This document shows, piece after piece, positions 10,057 to 18,891 of a stretch of DNA of 47,105 bases. The DNA is from Acidobacteriota bacterium (GTDB taxonomy: Bacteria; Acidobacteriota; Polarisedimenticolia; QHYA01). Within the stretch, counting starts at the first letter, position 1. Every line of letters starts with the position of its first letter. The stretch spans positions 1-47,105 of the forward strand of contig QHYA01000062.1 of assembly GCA_003223995.1 (NCBI GenBank), in the 5' to 3' direction. Position numbers and translations under genes: made by a program. Under the pieces are notes generated by a model that was not told where the DNA came from, did no database searches, and worked only from the letters and a program-made list of their open reading frames with translations.

Positions 10057-10266
10057 GCGCTCCTTATGCCAGATCCTGTGGAAAAGTACAATCCATTTTT
10101 TTAGATACGTGGGTCAGGAGGCGGTAACCAGATACCACGAAACTAGGTTGACGATCCTCCGCGCCGATCTCAGGACACTTCTGGCGGCCGCCTCTTTCCA
10201 CGATCCTTCCTCGGTCCATCGCGAGGCTGGCTCCCGCCGCCCACAACTCGTTCCGAAGGCGGGGCG

Positions 10267-10623
10267 CTATGCGGCTTTCCGCTTCCCCGACATCTGGCTC
10301 GCCTTCTTGATGGCTGCCTCGATCCCCCTCTTCTCGCGAAGGGCCCGGACCTCGGCCTTCTGCCTTGGCTTGAGAGTGCGCATGTAGCCGATGTAGCGTC
10401 CCTGCAGCTTCAAGGCGGCCCGTCGTTTGGCGGTCAGCTTCAGATGCCTTGGACGTCGGGACTCTAGTTCCGCGGGCCGGCTGTCCGTCGCCAACCCCTG
10501 AATGGCACGTGTCAACTGCTCGAGGGAGCGAGTAAGGATTGTCACAGAATGGAGAAAGGCGATGACATGCGTGCTCGCGGACTTTGTTTGTGTTCTCGGC
10601 AAGATGACGACCTCCTTCAGCAA
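10267..10623 (-). CDS. Hypothetical small basic protein
   Basis: 118-codon ORF with a Lys/Arg-rich helical C-terminal half (LKLTAKRRAALKLQGRYIGYMRTLKPRQKAEVRALREKRGIEAAIKKA). No family recognised and the start is uncertain. Confidence 0.35.
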   Translation of the reverse strand: MLKEVVILPRTQTKSASTHVIAFLHSVTILTRSLEQLTRAIQGLATDSRPAELESRRPRHLKLTAKRRAALKLQGRYIGYMRTLKPRQKAEVRALREKRGIEAAIKKASQMSGKRKAA

Positions 10624-10713
10624 AGGGGTGGCGAATAAGTCGCGGCCCGGCCGACTTTACAGGAGCCCGAGGTCGCCGTCCAGAGCCAAGTGGAGAAAAG
10701 GCAGCATTGGCAA

Positions 10714-10741
10714 TTGACAGATGCCCGAGGGCCTCTAAAAT
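10714..10741 (+). promoter_or_regulatory. Near-consensus sigma-70 promoter for the glycosyltransferase/GH130 operon
   Basis: TTGACA (10714-10719), 16-nt spacer, TAAAAT (10736-10741), about 20 nt upstream of the ATG at 10762. It lies in a locally AT-richer patch. Confidence 0.55.
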
Positions 10742-10761
10742 ACTATCGACTCGTTAGAACC

Positions 10762-10866
10762 ATGAAAAACGAAGAAAGGCAGCTCCTGAGCCGTATCGCC
10801 GTCGTCGGCAACTACCTGCCGCGGCAGTGCGGCATAGCGACGTTCACGACACCAACGCGCCGCTGA
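10762..10866 (+). pseudogene. Detached 5' fragment (34 codons) of the GT4 glycosyltransferase gene
   Basis: ATG 10762 gives MKNEERQLLSRIAVVGNYLPRQCGIATFTTPTRR*. IAV.G.Y.PR.CGIATFT is the hallmark N-terminus of this GT4 subfamily. The remainder of the gene continues in the +1 frame from about 10838. Confidence 0.5.
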
Positions 10867-10870
10867 CTTC

Positions 10871-12928
10871 TTGAACATCAACAACGTCGATATCGTCTGC
10901 TTGCAGCATGAGTACGGCATCTTCGGCGGCCCTGCGGGAAGCCACATCCTGGCGCTGCTGCGCGACCTCCGCCCGCCGATCGTGACCACGCTGCACACGG
11001 TGCTCCGCCAGCCCGAAGCAGGCCAGCGGAAGGTGCTCGCCGAGATCGCGGCCCTGTCGGATCGTCTGGTGGTCATGAGCCAGCACGGCGCCAGGTTCCT
11101 CGAGGAGACCTACGGCATAAAGCCGAGGAAGGTCGAAGTGATCCCCCACGGCATCCCCGATGTGCCCTTCGTCGATCCGAACTACTACAAGGACCATTTC
11201 GGCGTCGAGGGGAAGATGGTCCTGCTGACCTCTGGCCTGCTGTCGCCGAACAAGGGGATAGAGACGCTCATCGGGGCGCTGCCCAAGGTCCTGGCCGCGC
11301 GCCCGGACGTGGTCTACATGGTTCTCGGCGCGACGCATCCGCATGTGAAGCGGCGCGATGGAGAATCATATCGGATCTCCCTCCAGCGGCTGGCCGTCGA
11401 GCTGGGGGTCGAAAAGAGCGTCCTCTTCCACAATCGCTTCGTCAACCCCGAGGAGCTGATCGAGTTCATGGGCGCGGCTGACATCTACATCACCCCCTAC
11501 CTCAAGGCGGAGCAGATCGTCTCGGGGACGCTGGCCCACGCGGTCGGGGCTGGAAAAGCGGTCATCTCGACACCATATTGGTACGCTGAAGAGCTGCTTG
11601 CCGACGGGCGCGGCCGTCTCGTCCCCTTCGGCGAGCCGTCGGCCATCGCGGATGCCGTCCTGGAGCTGCTGCAGAACAGGAGCAAGCGTCACGCGATTCG
11701 GAAGAAGGCGTACCTGCTGGGGCGCGAGATGGTCTGGTCCAAGGTGGCGAGCCGTTACATGGAGAGCTTCGAGAAGGCCAGGGGGGAACGAGGCCGGCGG
11801 CCCCGTCCCAGCTTCGCCGCGAGGACCTTGGACCGCCGGCCGAGGGAGTTCCCCCCCCTCCGGCTCCACCACCTCCGCCGGCTCACGGACACCACAGGCA
11901 TCCTCCAGCACGCGGTATATACCGTGCCGGATTACTCCGAGGGCTATGCGACCGACGACAATGCCCGCGCGCTGATCGTTTCCGTCCTGCTGGATGAGCA
12001 GGAGCACGACATCTCTGGAGAGGCCGACCTGCTCGCCTCTCGCTACCTTGGCTTCCTGTCATATGCATTCAACAAGGAAACCGGCCGATTCAGAAACAAG
12101 ATGAGTTATGACCGGCGCTGGCTCGACGAGAGCGGCTCCGAGGACTCCCACGGGCGAGCGCTCTGGGGGCTCGGGACAGTCCTCGAGCGATCCAACAAGG
12201 AGGGCCTGCGGAGTCTGGCGGGGACGCTCTTCTCTGCTGCGATGCCTGCCACCCTGGATCTCATGCACCCCCGTGCCTGGGCCTTCAGCCTGATGGGGAT
12301 CCACGAGTACCTGCTGCACTTCTACGGAGACCGCGCCGCGCAGCAGACCGGTGAGATCCTGGCCGGCCGGCTGATGGAACTGCATCGCCGGAACGGCTCG
12401 GCGGATTGGCCCTGGTTCGAGCCTTTTCTCAGTTACAGCAACGCGGCCCTCCCTCATGCCCTTCTCCTTTCCGCGCAGTGGCTCTCACGGGAAGACATGG
12501 CCGAGACGGCCCTGGCATCGCTCGAGTGGCTTGCTGAACTGCAGAGAGCGCAGGAAGGGCACTTCGTGCCCATCGGATGCAACGGCTGGTATCGGAGGGG
12601 AGAATCTCGAGCGCGCTTCGACCAGCAGCCTATCGAAGCGCACGCCATGCTGGCGGCCTGCCTCGAGGCCTACCGCTTCAGCGGTGACGCGAAATGGCGC
12701 CGGGAGGCGGAGCGCTCTTTCGAGTGGTTCCTCGGCTGGAACGACCTGAAAGCCCCGCTCTACGATCCCACAACGGGGGGGTGCCGCGACGGTCTCCAGC
12801 CGGAGAGTCCGAACCAGAACCAGGGCGCCGAATCGACGCTGTCTTTTCTCATGTCGTCTCTCGAAATGAGGCTCGCAGAAACCGCTCTGGAGACCGTCCC
12901 CAGACATGAACGCGCTTCCGTCCAATAA
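10871..12928 (+). CDS. Glycosyltransferase family 4 (N-terminal Rossmann half truncated) fused to a ~300-aa C-terminal alpha-helical, six-hairpin-glycosidase-like domain
   Basis: AADFLNINNVDIVCLQHEYGIFGG, PIVTTLHTVL, GLLSPNKGIE and ADIYITPY...EQIVSGTLAHAVGAGKAVISTPYWYAEELL (the GT4 E-x7-E region). The frame is open from 10838 and the first start in this frame is TTG 10871. See the finding on 5' disruption. Confidence 0.75.
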   Translation: MNINNVDIVCLQHEYGIFGGPAGSHILALLRDLRPPIVTTLHTVLRQPEAGQRKVLAEIAALSDRLVVMSQHGARFLEETYGIKPRKVEVIPHGIPDVPFVDPNYYKDHFGVEGKMVLLTSGLLSPNKGIETLIGALPKVLAARPDVVYMVLGATHPHVKRRDGESYRISLQRLAVELGVEKSVLFHNRFVNPEELIEFMGAADIYITPYLKAEQIVSGTLAHAVGAGKAVISTPYWYAEELLADGRGRLVPFGEPSAIADAVLELLQNRSKRHAIRKKAYLLGREMVWSKVASRYMESFEKARGERGRRPRPSFAARTLDRRPREFPPLRLHHLRRLTDTTGILQHAVYTVPDYSEGYATDDNARALIVSVLLDEQEHDISGEADLLASRYLGFLSYAFNKETGRFRNKMSYDRRWLDESGSEDSHGRALWGLGTVLERSNKEGLRSLAGTLFSAAMPATLDLMHPRAWAFSLMGIHEYLLHFYGDRAAQQTGEILAGRLMELHRRNGSADWPWFEPFLSYSNAALPHALLLSAQWLSREDMAETALASLEWLAELQRAQEGHFVPIGCNGWYRRGESRARFDQQPIEAHAMLAACLEAYRFSGDAKWRREAERSFEWFLGWNDLKAPLYDPTTGGCRDGLQPESPNQNQGAESTLSFLMSSLEMRLAETALETVPRHERASVQ

Positions 12929-13904
12929 CAATCGACACGAAACCCTCTTCCACCGGCACTCGCGCAATCCCCTGCTGACCGCGTCGGACTGGCCCTACCC
13001 GATCAACACCGTCTTCAACGCCGCGGCCACGCGCCTGCGGGACGGCACGACACTGCTTCTCTGCCGCGTGGAGGACAGGCGAGGGCATTCCCACCTCAGC
13101 GCGGCCAGGTCGGCGAACGGCGTCGATGGGTGGAAGATCGACCCACGGCCGACGCTTCTCCCGGACCCCGACAACCATCCCGAGGAATTGTGGGGGATCG
13201 AGGATCCGCGCATCACGTTCGTCCCCGAGATGAACAAGTACGTGGTCGTCTACACCTCCTATTCGCGCGGCGGCCCGGGAGTCTCCCTCGCATTGACCGA
13301 GGATTTCCGTACTTTCGAACGCTGCGGGGTGATCATGCCCCCCGAGGACAAAGACGCCGCCATGCTTCCGCACCGCGTTGGAGGCTACTGGGCGCTGATC
13401 CATCGCCCCTCCACGGCTCACGGGTCGCACATCTGGATCTCGTACTCCCCCGACCTCCGTCATTGGGGAAGGCACAAGCTGATTCTACAAGCCCGCCGGG
13501 GAGCCTGGTGGGACGCCCGGAAGATCGGTCTGTCCCCTCCCCCCATGGAGACGCCCCAGGGATGGCTCTTCATCTATCACGGCGTCCGCGAGACCGCCGC
13601 TGGATCCATCTACCGGCTCGGCCTTGCGCTCTTCGATCGGGAAGACCCCGAGACGTGCCTGCTCCGGGGCGACCACTGGATCTTCGGACCCGAGGAAGAC
13701 TACGAGCGCCACGGCGACGTCGGCAACGTCGTCTTCCCCTGTGGCTACACGATCGAGCCCGATGGCGACACGATCAACATGTACTATGGCGCCGCCGATA
13801 CATGCCTCGCCCTCGCCCGCGGGAGCATCAAGGGCCTTCTCGAGTGGATCCGGAGGTGCGGCAGGCCCGACGTTGGGGGGACGGGGGCCCGGGGGGTCCG
13901 CTGA
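12906..13904 (+). CDS. Glycoside hydrolase family 130 protein (beta-mannoside phosphorylase-like)
   Basis: NPLLTASDWPY..NTVFNAAA, GIEDPRITF, YTSYS.GGP.VSLA.T.DF..FER.G....PEDKDAA..P, GWL.IYHGVR and NMYYGAADT are motifs typical of GH130. The ATG at 12906 overlaps the GT4 stop region by 23 nt. Confidence 0.85.
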   Translation: MNALPSNNNRHETLFHRHSRNPLLTASDWPYPINTVFNAAATRLRDGTTLLLCRVEDRRGHSHLSAARSANGVDGWKIDPRPTLLPDPDNHPEELWGIEDPRITFVPEMNKYVVVYTSYSRGGPGVSLALTEDFRTFERCGVIMPPEDKDAAMLPHRVGGYWALIHRPSTAHGSHIWISYSPDLRHWGRHKLILQARRGAWWDARKIGLSPPPMETPQGWLFIYHGVRETAAGSIYRLGLALFDREDPETCLLRGDHWIFGPEEDYERHGDVGNVVFPCGYTIEPDGDTINMYYGAADTCLALARGSIKGLLEWIRRCGRPDVGGTGARGVR

Positions 13905-13934
13905 AAGCTTCGGTCAAAGGCGGTACCCCCGCCG

Positions 13935-14405
13935 TCAGAGCGGGTCCGCCACGGCCGCCTTCCTCGGCTTGGCCAGACGCTCGAAATCAGCAAACGCCAT
14001 CTTCACCACGCTGGAGTGGTTCCCACCATTGAAGGCGATCTCCTGGTCGGCGTAGACCGCCTCGTCGACCACCAATGAAACGCCGTAAAGGCTTCCGAAG
14101 GGAGGCATGGCGCCTGGCTCGCAATCGTCGAAGATGTTGTTGAACTCATCCTCCTTCTCCAAGCGCGCCTCCGTCACACCCAGGGCCTTCTTGAACCTTG
14201 CGAGGTTCACCCTCTGATTGGCGTTCGTCACGACCATGTAGTGCTCTCCCTCGGAGTTGACTATCACGCACTTGACCAGATCCTTCCCCTTGATGTGCGC
14301 GCTGGCGGCCACCTCCTGAGCGGTATAAGCGGGGGAATGAGCGATGACAACATACCGGATCTTGTTGACGTCCAGCAGGGTTTTGAGCTTGCTACTGATC
14401 GGCAT
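13935..14405 (-). CDS. YbaK/EbsC-type aminoacyl-tRNA deacylase domain protein
   Basis: MPISSKLKTLLDVNKIRYVVIAHSPAYTAQEVAA..HIKGKDLVKCVIV...GEHYMVV..ANQRVNL..FKKALG......LEKEDEF....DCEPGAMPPFG. The ATG at 14405 is preceded by GGAAGGAGG with a 7-nt spacer. The longer ORF start is at 14423. Confidence 0.75.
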   Translation of the reverse strand: MPISSKLKTLLDVNKIRYVVIAHSPAYTAQEVAASAHIKGKDLVKCVIVNSEGEHYMVVTNANQRVNLARFKKALGVTEARLEKEDEFNNIFDDCEPGAMPPFGSLYGVSLVVDEAVYADQEIAFNGGNHSSVVKMAFADFERLAKPRKAAVADPL

Positions 14406-14539
14406 CGCCAGGCCTCCTTCCATGCGTGTCGTTCACACATTCTAGTCCAGTCTCCCGCCGCGTTGGCCAGCCCTCGAAGCCATCGAGTCAGAGTATCATC
14501 CTCGTGCGGACGGACAGCCTGCCGATCGCGAGGAGGATA

Positions 14540-14722
14540 ATGACAATGACCACGATCGAGCTGAACGAGGAGGAAGCCGGGATACTTCTCGACATCCTCG
14601 AAAGCCATATGTCCGACCTTCGCATGGAAATCGCCGATACCGACAGTATGGATTTCCGCGAAGATCTGAAAGCCAGGGAAGCTTTTCTCAAGAAGCTGAT
14701 CGGCCGGCTGCAGGGAGAATGA
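14540..14722 (+). CDS. Small acidic helical protein (60 aa) upstream of clpB, function unknown
   Basis: The ATG at 14540 is preceded by AGGAGGA (14531-14537). Product: MTMTTIELNEEEAGILLDILESHMSDLRMEIADTDSMDFREDLKAREAFLKKLIGRLQGE. Confidence 0.6.
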   Translation: MTMTTIELNEEEAGILLDILESHMSDLRMEIADTDSMDFREDLKAREAFLKKLIGRLQGE

Positions 14723-14881
14723 AGCACGCGGATGAAAGCAGCGATCGACGGATGAATGAAGCCAATGAATGCTATCATTTGTGGCTGCGGGGCAGCTCCC
14801 CTGCGGACTCGCTGGCCGAGGGCCGGCGCTCGTGTTGTCGCTCGGCGGCCGACCGGGAAAGGTCCGAGGTGAGCAACGGTC

Positions 14882-17506
14882 ATGGATGCGAATCGACTCA
14901 CTGAGAAGACCCAGGAGGCCATCCGAGCGGCGCAGGGGATGGCCTCGCGCTTCGGCCACCAGCAGATAGACAACGAGCATCTGCTCGCCTCCCTCCTGTC
15001 CCAGGAAAAAGGCATAGCCCCACGCATCGTCGAGAGGGCCGGAGGAGATCCCGCCTTCCTCCTGCGCGGCCTCGAGCAGGCCCTGGCACGGCTGCCGCGA
15101 GTCTCGGGCCCGGGCTCGCAGCCCGGACAGGTTTACATCACTCCCCGGCTCGAGGCGACGATACAGGCAGCGGAAGCAGAGGCGCGCCGCCTGAAAGACG
15201 AGTACGTCAGCGTCGAGCATGTGCTGATGGCCCTCGCGGATCCCTCCCACGACGGGACCTCCTCCCACCTTCTGCGAGACGCGGGCCTGACTTACGAAAA
15301 GCTCCAGGCTGCGGCGGCATCCATCAGGGGAGGCCAGCGCGTCACGAGCCCGACGCCAGAATCCACCTACGAGGCCCTCGAGAAATACGGCCGGGACTTC
15401 ACCGAGCTCGCACGTGGGGGGAAACTCGATCCCGTCATCGGCCGCGACGACGAGATCCGGCGCGTCATCCAGATTCTCTCCAGGCGCACCAAGAACAACC
15501 CCGTCCTGATCGGAGAGCCGGGCGTCGGCAAGACGGCCATTGTCGAGGGGCTGGCTCAGAGGATCGCGCGCGGAGACGTGCCCGAGGGCTTGAAGAACAA
15601 GCGGATCGTCGCCCTCGACATGGGAGCGCTGATCGCGGGGGCGAAGTACCGCGGGGAATTCGAGGAGAGGCTGAAGGCCGTCCTGAAAGAGGTGCAGGGC
15701 TCCAACGGGCAGATCATTCTGTTCATCGACGAGCTGCACACCGTCGTCGGGGCCGGCGCCGCGGAAGGGGCGGTGGACGCCGGAAACCTGCTCAAGCCGA
15801 TGCTGGCGCGGGGCGAACTGCACTGCATCGGCGCCACGACGATCGATGAGTACCGCAAACACGTCGAGAAGGATGCCGCCCTGGAGCGCCGGTTCCAGCC
15901 GGTGCTCGTCGATCAACCAAGCGTCGAGGACACGATCTCGATCTTGCGCGGCCTCAAGGAGCGCTACGAGGTCCACCACGGCGTCCGCATCAAGGACAGT
16001 GCACTGGTGGCCGCGGCCGTCCTCTCCCACCGCTACATCTCCGATCGTTTCCTGCCGGACAAGGCCATCGACCTCGTCGACGAGGCGGCGGCCCGGCTGC
16101 GAACCGAAATCGACTCCATGCCTGCCGAGCTGGACGAGATCCACCGGCGGATCATGCAGCTCGAGATCGAGCGACAGGCCCTCACGAAGGAGAAGGACTC
16201 GGCCTCGCGCGACCGGCTGTCACGCCTGGAAAAGGAGCTGGCCGACCTGAAGGGAGACGAAGGGGCCCTGAGGGCGCGATGGGAATCGGAGAAGGCGGCG
16301 CTCGAGCGCGTGCGAGCCGTGCGGAGGCAGATCGAGGAGACCAGGATCGAGATCGAGAAGGCCGAGAGGGAGTACGACCTGAACCGTCTCGCCGAGCTGC
16401 AGTACGGCGTTCTGGCCGGGCTCGAGAAGCAACTGCGGGAAGCGGATGAGAAGATGACGGCAGGCCGCGGTTCCCTGATGATCAAAGAGGAGGTGGACGA
16501 AGAAGACATCGCCGAGGTGGTCTCGAAGTGGACCGGCATTCCGGTGTCGAAGCTGCTCGAGGGGGAGATGCAGAAGCTCCTGCATCTCGATGATGAGCTG
16601 CACCGGCGCGTGGTCGGCCAGGACGAGGCCGTGCGGGCGGTCTCCGAAGCAGTCGTGCGAGCCCGAGCCGGCATCAAGGACCCGAAACGACCGATCGGAT
16701 CGTTCCTCTTCCTCGGACCCACCGGAGTGGGCAAGACGGAGCTGGCGAGGGCGCTCGCAGAGGTGCTGTTCGACGACGAGAACAACCTGATCCGCCTCGA
16801 CATGTCCGAATACATGGAGAGGCACACCGTGGCGAGGCTGATCGGGGCCCCGCCGGGCTACGTCGGGTTCGAGGAAGGCGGCCAGCTCACCAAAGCGGTT
16901 CGCCGCAAGCCGTACAGCGTGATCCTTCTCGACGAAGTGGAGAAGGCGCACCCGGACGTCTTCAACGCGCTGCTGCAGGTGCTCGACGACGGCCGGCTGA
17001 CCGACGGGCAGGGACGCACCGTCGATTTCAAGAACACCGTCGTCATCATGACCTCGAACATCGGCAGCCACTTCATCCTGGAGATCCGCGGCGCCGACGA
17101 GCAGAGCTACGCGCGGATGAAGGAGCAGGTGCTAGAGGCGCTGAGGCGGCAGTTCCGGCCGGAGTTTCTCAACAGGGTGGATGAGATCGTCGTCTTCCGG
17201 GCGCTGACGGAAGCGCAGCTCGAAAAGATCGTCGATCTGCAGATGGAGCAGCTGCGCCGCCGCCTCGCCGAGCGGAGGATCGGCCTGGACGTTGGCGAGG
17301 GGGCCCGCCTTCATCTCGCACGTGCCGGCTACGACCCCGTGTATGGGGCGAGGCCCCTGAAGCGGACGATCCAGAGGGAGCTCGAGACCAGGATCGCGCG
17401 CATGATCGTGGCCGGCGAGGTGCGAGAGGGAGGGACGGTCCGCGTTGACGGAGGGCCAGAGGGTCTCCGTTTCGAGGTCCTTCCCGCGACCGCGGCCGCG
17501 GTCTGA
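14882..17506 (+). CDS. clpB: ATP-dependent chaperone/disaggregase ClpB (two AAA+ modules with middle coiled-coil)
   Basis: Clp N-domain, Walker A GEPGVGKT and [21 protein letters not shown], long coiled-coil M-domain and the C-terminal GARPLKR.IQ motif. 874 aa, the normal ClpB length. Confidence 0.97.
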   Translation: MDANRLTEKTQEAIRAAQGMASRFGHQQIDNEHLLASLLSQEKGIAPRIVERAGGDPAFLLRGLEQALARLPRVSGPGSQPGQVYITPRLEATIQAAEAEARRLKDEYVSVEHVLMALADPSHDGTSSHLLRDAGLTYEKLQAAAASIRGGQRVTSPTPESTYEALEKYGRDFTELARGGKLDPVIGRDDEIRRVIQILSRRTKNNPVLIGEPGVGKTAIVEGLAQRIARGDVPEGLKNKRIVALDMGALIAGAKYRGEFEERLKAVLKEVQGSNGQIILFIDELHTVVGAGAAEGAVDAGNLLKPMLARGELHCIGATTIDEYRKHVEKDAALERRFQPVLVDQPSVEDTISILRGLKERYEVHHGVRIKDSALVAAAVLSHRYISDRFLPDKAIDLVDEAAARLRTEIDSMPAELDEIHRRIMQLEIERQALTKEKDSASRDRLSRLEKELADLKGDEGALRARWESEKAALERVRAVRRQIEETRIEIEKAEREYDLNRLAELQYGVLAGLEKQLREADEKMTAGRGSLMIKEEVDEEDIAEVVSKWTGIPVSKLLEGEMQKLLHLDDELHRRVVGQDEAVRAVSEAVVRARAGIKDPKRPIGSFLFLGPTGVGKTELARALAEVLFDDENNLIRLDMSEYMERHTVARLIGAPPGYVGFEEGGQLTKAVRRKPYSVILLDEVEKAHPDVFNALLQVLDDGRLTDGQGRTVDFKNTVVIMTSNIGSHFILEIRGADEQSYARMKEQVLEALRRQFRPEFLNRVDEIVVFRALTEAQLEKIVDLQMEQLRRRLAERRIGLDVGEGARLHLARAGYDPVYGARPLKRTIQRELETRIARMIVAGEVREGGTVRVDGGPEGLRFEVLPATAAAV

Positions 17507-17614
17507 AGGGCTGTCTTCCTCCGTCACCGCCCGCTGATGGCAGGCTTGCCATAGGGACCCTCCTGTGGGGGGGCTCGAGCCGCCGCCTGTAGCTCTTGGG
17601 GCCGAGCGCTTGTT

Positions 17615-17968
17615 ATGAATTGCGAAGACGAGCTGGAAGCTGCTTTCCGCTGGATGTTGAGGGCCGGCGTGAGACCCCGATCGATTCGCGTCTTCACCCG
17701 AGAGATTGTGGTGAATCGGCTCTCGGAAGGCCCGCTCGAACGCTCGGCGGTCTCCGAGACAGTGAGATCTTGCGTGCTGGGCGCCGCCAGAGTCGCCGTC
17801 GAAGGGGAGTCGCGGGAAGAGTTGCTGCGACTCGTCAGCGCGGCAGCGCTGGAAGCTGTTCACGGGCAAGGTGGCGAGACAGCGCTGTGGCTCGCAGATG
17901 CGCGCCGCGCGCTACGCCTGGCCCTCCAGGAGCTACAAGCGGCTTGGCTAGCGGAGGACCTGCTTTAG
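17615..17968 (+). CDS. Hypothetical protein
   Basis: 117-codon ORF with balanced composition between clpB and the convergent MBL gene. No family recognised. Confidence 0.35.
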   Translation: MNCEDELEAAFRWMLRAGVRPRSIRVFTREIVVNRLSEGPLERSAVSETVRSCVLGAARVAVEGESREELLRLVSAAALEAVHGQGGETALWLADARRALRLALQELQAAWLAEDLL

Positions 17969-17980
17969 GCGGCTTCCGAG

Positions 17981-18868
17981 TCAGTTTGTCCCCTTCCCCC
18001 TCGACAAACTCCGGTGGACGATCTCGAGCCAGTCCTTCGCGGAGATGAAGCCCGAGCCCCAGGACTTCCACTCATCGGACATTCCCTCCGACTGGATCTG
18101 ATCCAGAGTCTTGCCGGCCGCCATCTTCGAGCGCACCAGGACGATGCTCTCCGTCGGCATTCGATGGAACGTCTTGAGGTCCTCGGCACCGGACAGCGGG
18201 CCGTGACCTGGAATGATCTTGACGCCGGGAGGAAGCTTCCCGAGCACTGCCTCGACGTTCCTGGCCATCCCCTCGACGTCCCCGCCGCTGTCCAGATCCA
18301 CGAAAGGAAACATGCCGGAGAAGAAGTCATCCCCCATGTGGAGGACGTTGGAGCCGGTGAAGAGAATGACGGAGTCGCCGTCCGTATGGCCGCGGGGATA
18401 ATGAAGCGCCCGGATCTCTTCTCCGTTGAACCAGACGGAAAGCGATTCGTCGAAAGTGATCACCGGAAGAGCTTCCTTCGGCGACGGAGCGATAACCCGA
18501 CCGCGTCCTTTCTGCTCGGTCTGCAAGCGCTTGCGAACGTTTGACTGAGCGATGATCGGCGCTTCGGGGCCGAATTCCTTGTTCCCTCCCGTATGGTCGC
18601 CGTGCCAGTGCGTGTTGAGCACGAACTTCAGCTTCCCCTCCCCCAGCTTCCTGAGAGCGGCGCGGATCTTCTCGGCCAGAGGCGCGAACTGATCATCGAC
18701 AATCAGAATGCCGTCGGGCCCGACCGAAACGCCGATGTTTCCCCCGGCTCCCTGAAGCATGTAAACGTTGCCGGCCACATGAATCGTCGTGATCTCGACC
18801 TTGGATAGGTCCTGCTGCTGGGCAAGAAGGACACCGGAGAACATTGCGACGAGGACCGCGCTTGTCAT
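17981..18868 (-). CDS. Secreted metallo-beta-lactamase-fold hydrolase
   Basis: HWHGDHTGGN (the H-x-H-x-D-H motif), later ..GHTDGDS.. and ..PGHGP.. The ATG at 18868 (MTSAVLVAMFSGVLLAQQQ, signal-like) is preceded by GGGAGGG. The upstream part of the 439-aa ORF is Arg-rich and overlaps the next gene. Confidence 0.8.
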   Translation of the reverse strand: MTSAVLVAMFSGVLLAQQQDLSKVEITTIHVAGNVYMLQGAGGNIGVSVGPDGILIVDDQFAPLAEKIRAALRKLGEGKLKFVLNTHWHGDHTGGNKEFGPEAPIIAQSNVRKRLQTEQKGRGRVIAPSPKEALPVITFDESLSVWFNGEEIRALHYPRGHTDGDSVILFTGSNVLHMGDDFFSGMFPFVDLDSGGDVEGMARNVEAVLGKLPPGVKIIPGHGPLSGAEDLKTFHRMPTESIVLVRSKMAAGKTLDQIQSEGMSDEWKSWGSGFISAKDWLEIVHRSLSRGKGTN

Positions 18869-18891
18869 GTTCCCTCCCGGAACTGGTGGTT

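Noticed and set aside
10503-10520. TGGCAC-containing sequence (TGGCACGTGTCAACTGCT) considered as a second sigma-54 promoter
   Set aside because: The GC of the -12 element is displaced by 2 nt from the required spacing. The site also lies inside, and antisense to, the small ORF at 10267-10623.
8602-10760. Possible tRNA-Ser-associated genomic island or prophage
   Set aside because: No integrase was seen. No direct repeat of the tRNA 3' end was found downstream. Only one degraded transposase and one small ORF are present before ordinary metabolic genes resume.
14264-16144. 626-codon minus-strand ORF antisense to clpB
   Set aside because: It lies opposite an unambiguous ClpB coding sequence. 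The composition is low-complexity (Arg/Gly/Pro/Asp-rich) and no motifs were seen.
17537-17552. ATGGCA-GGCT-TGCCAT hairpin after clpB as a terminator
   Set aside because: The stem is only 6 bp and includes A-T pairs, with no following T-tract. This is too weak to call.
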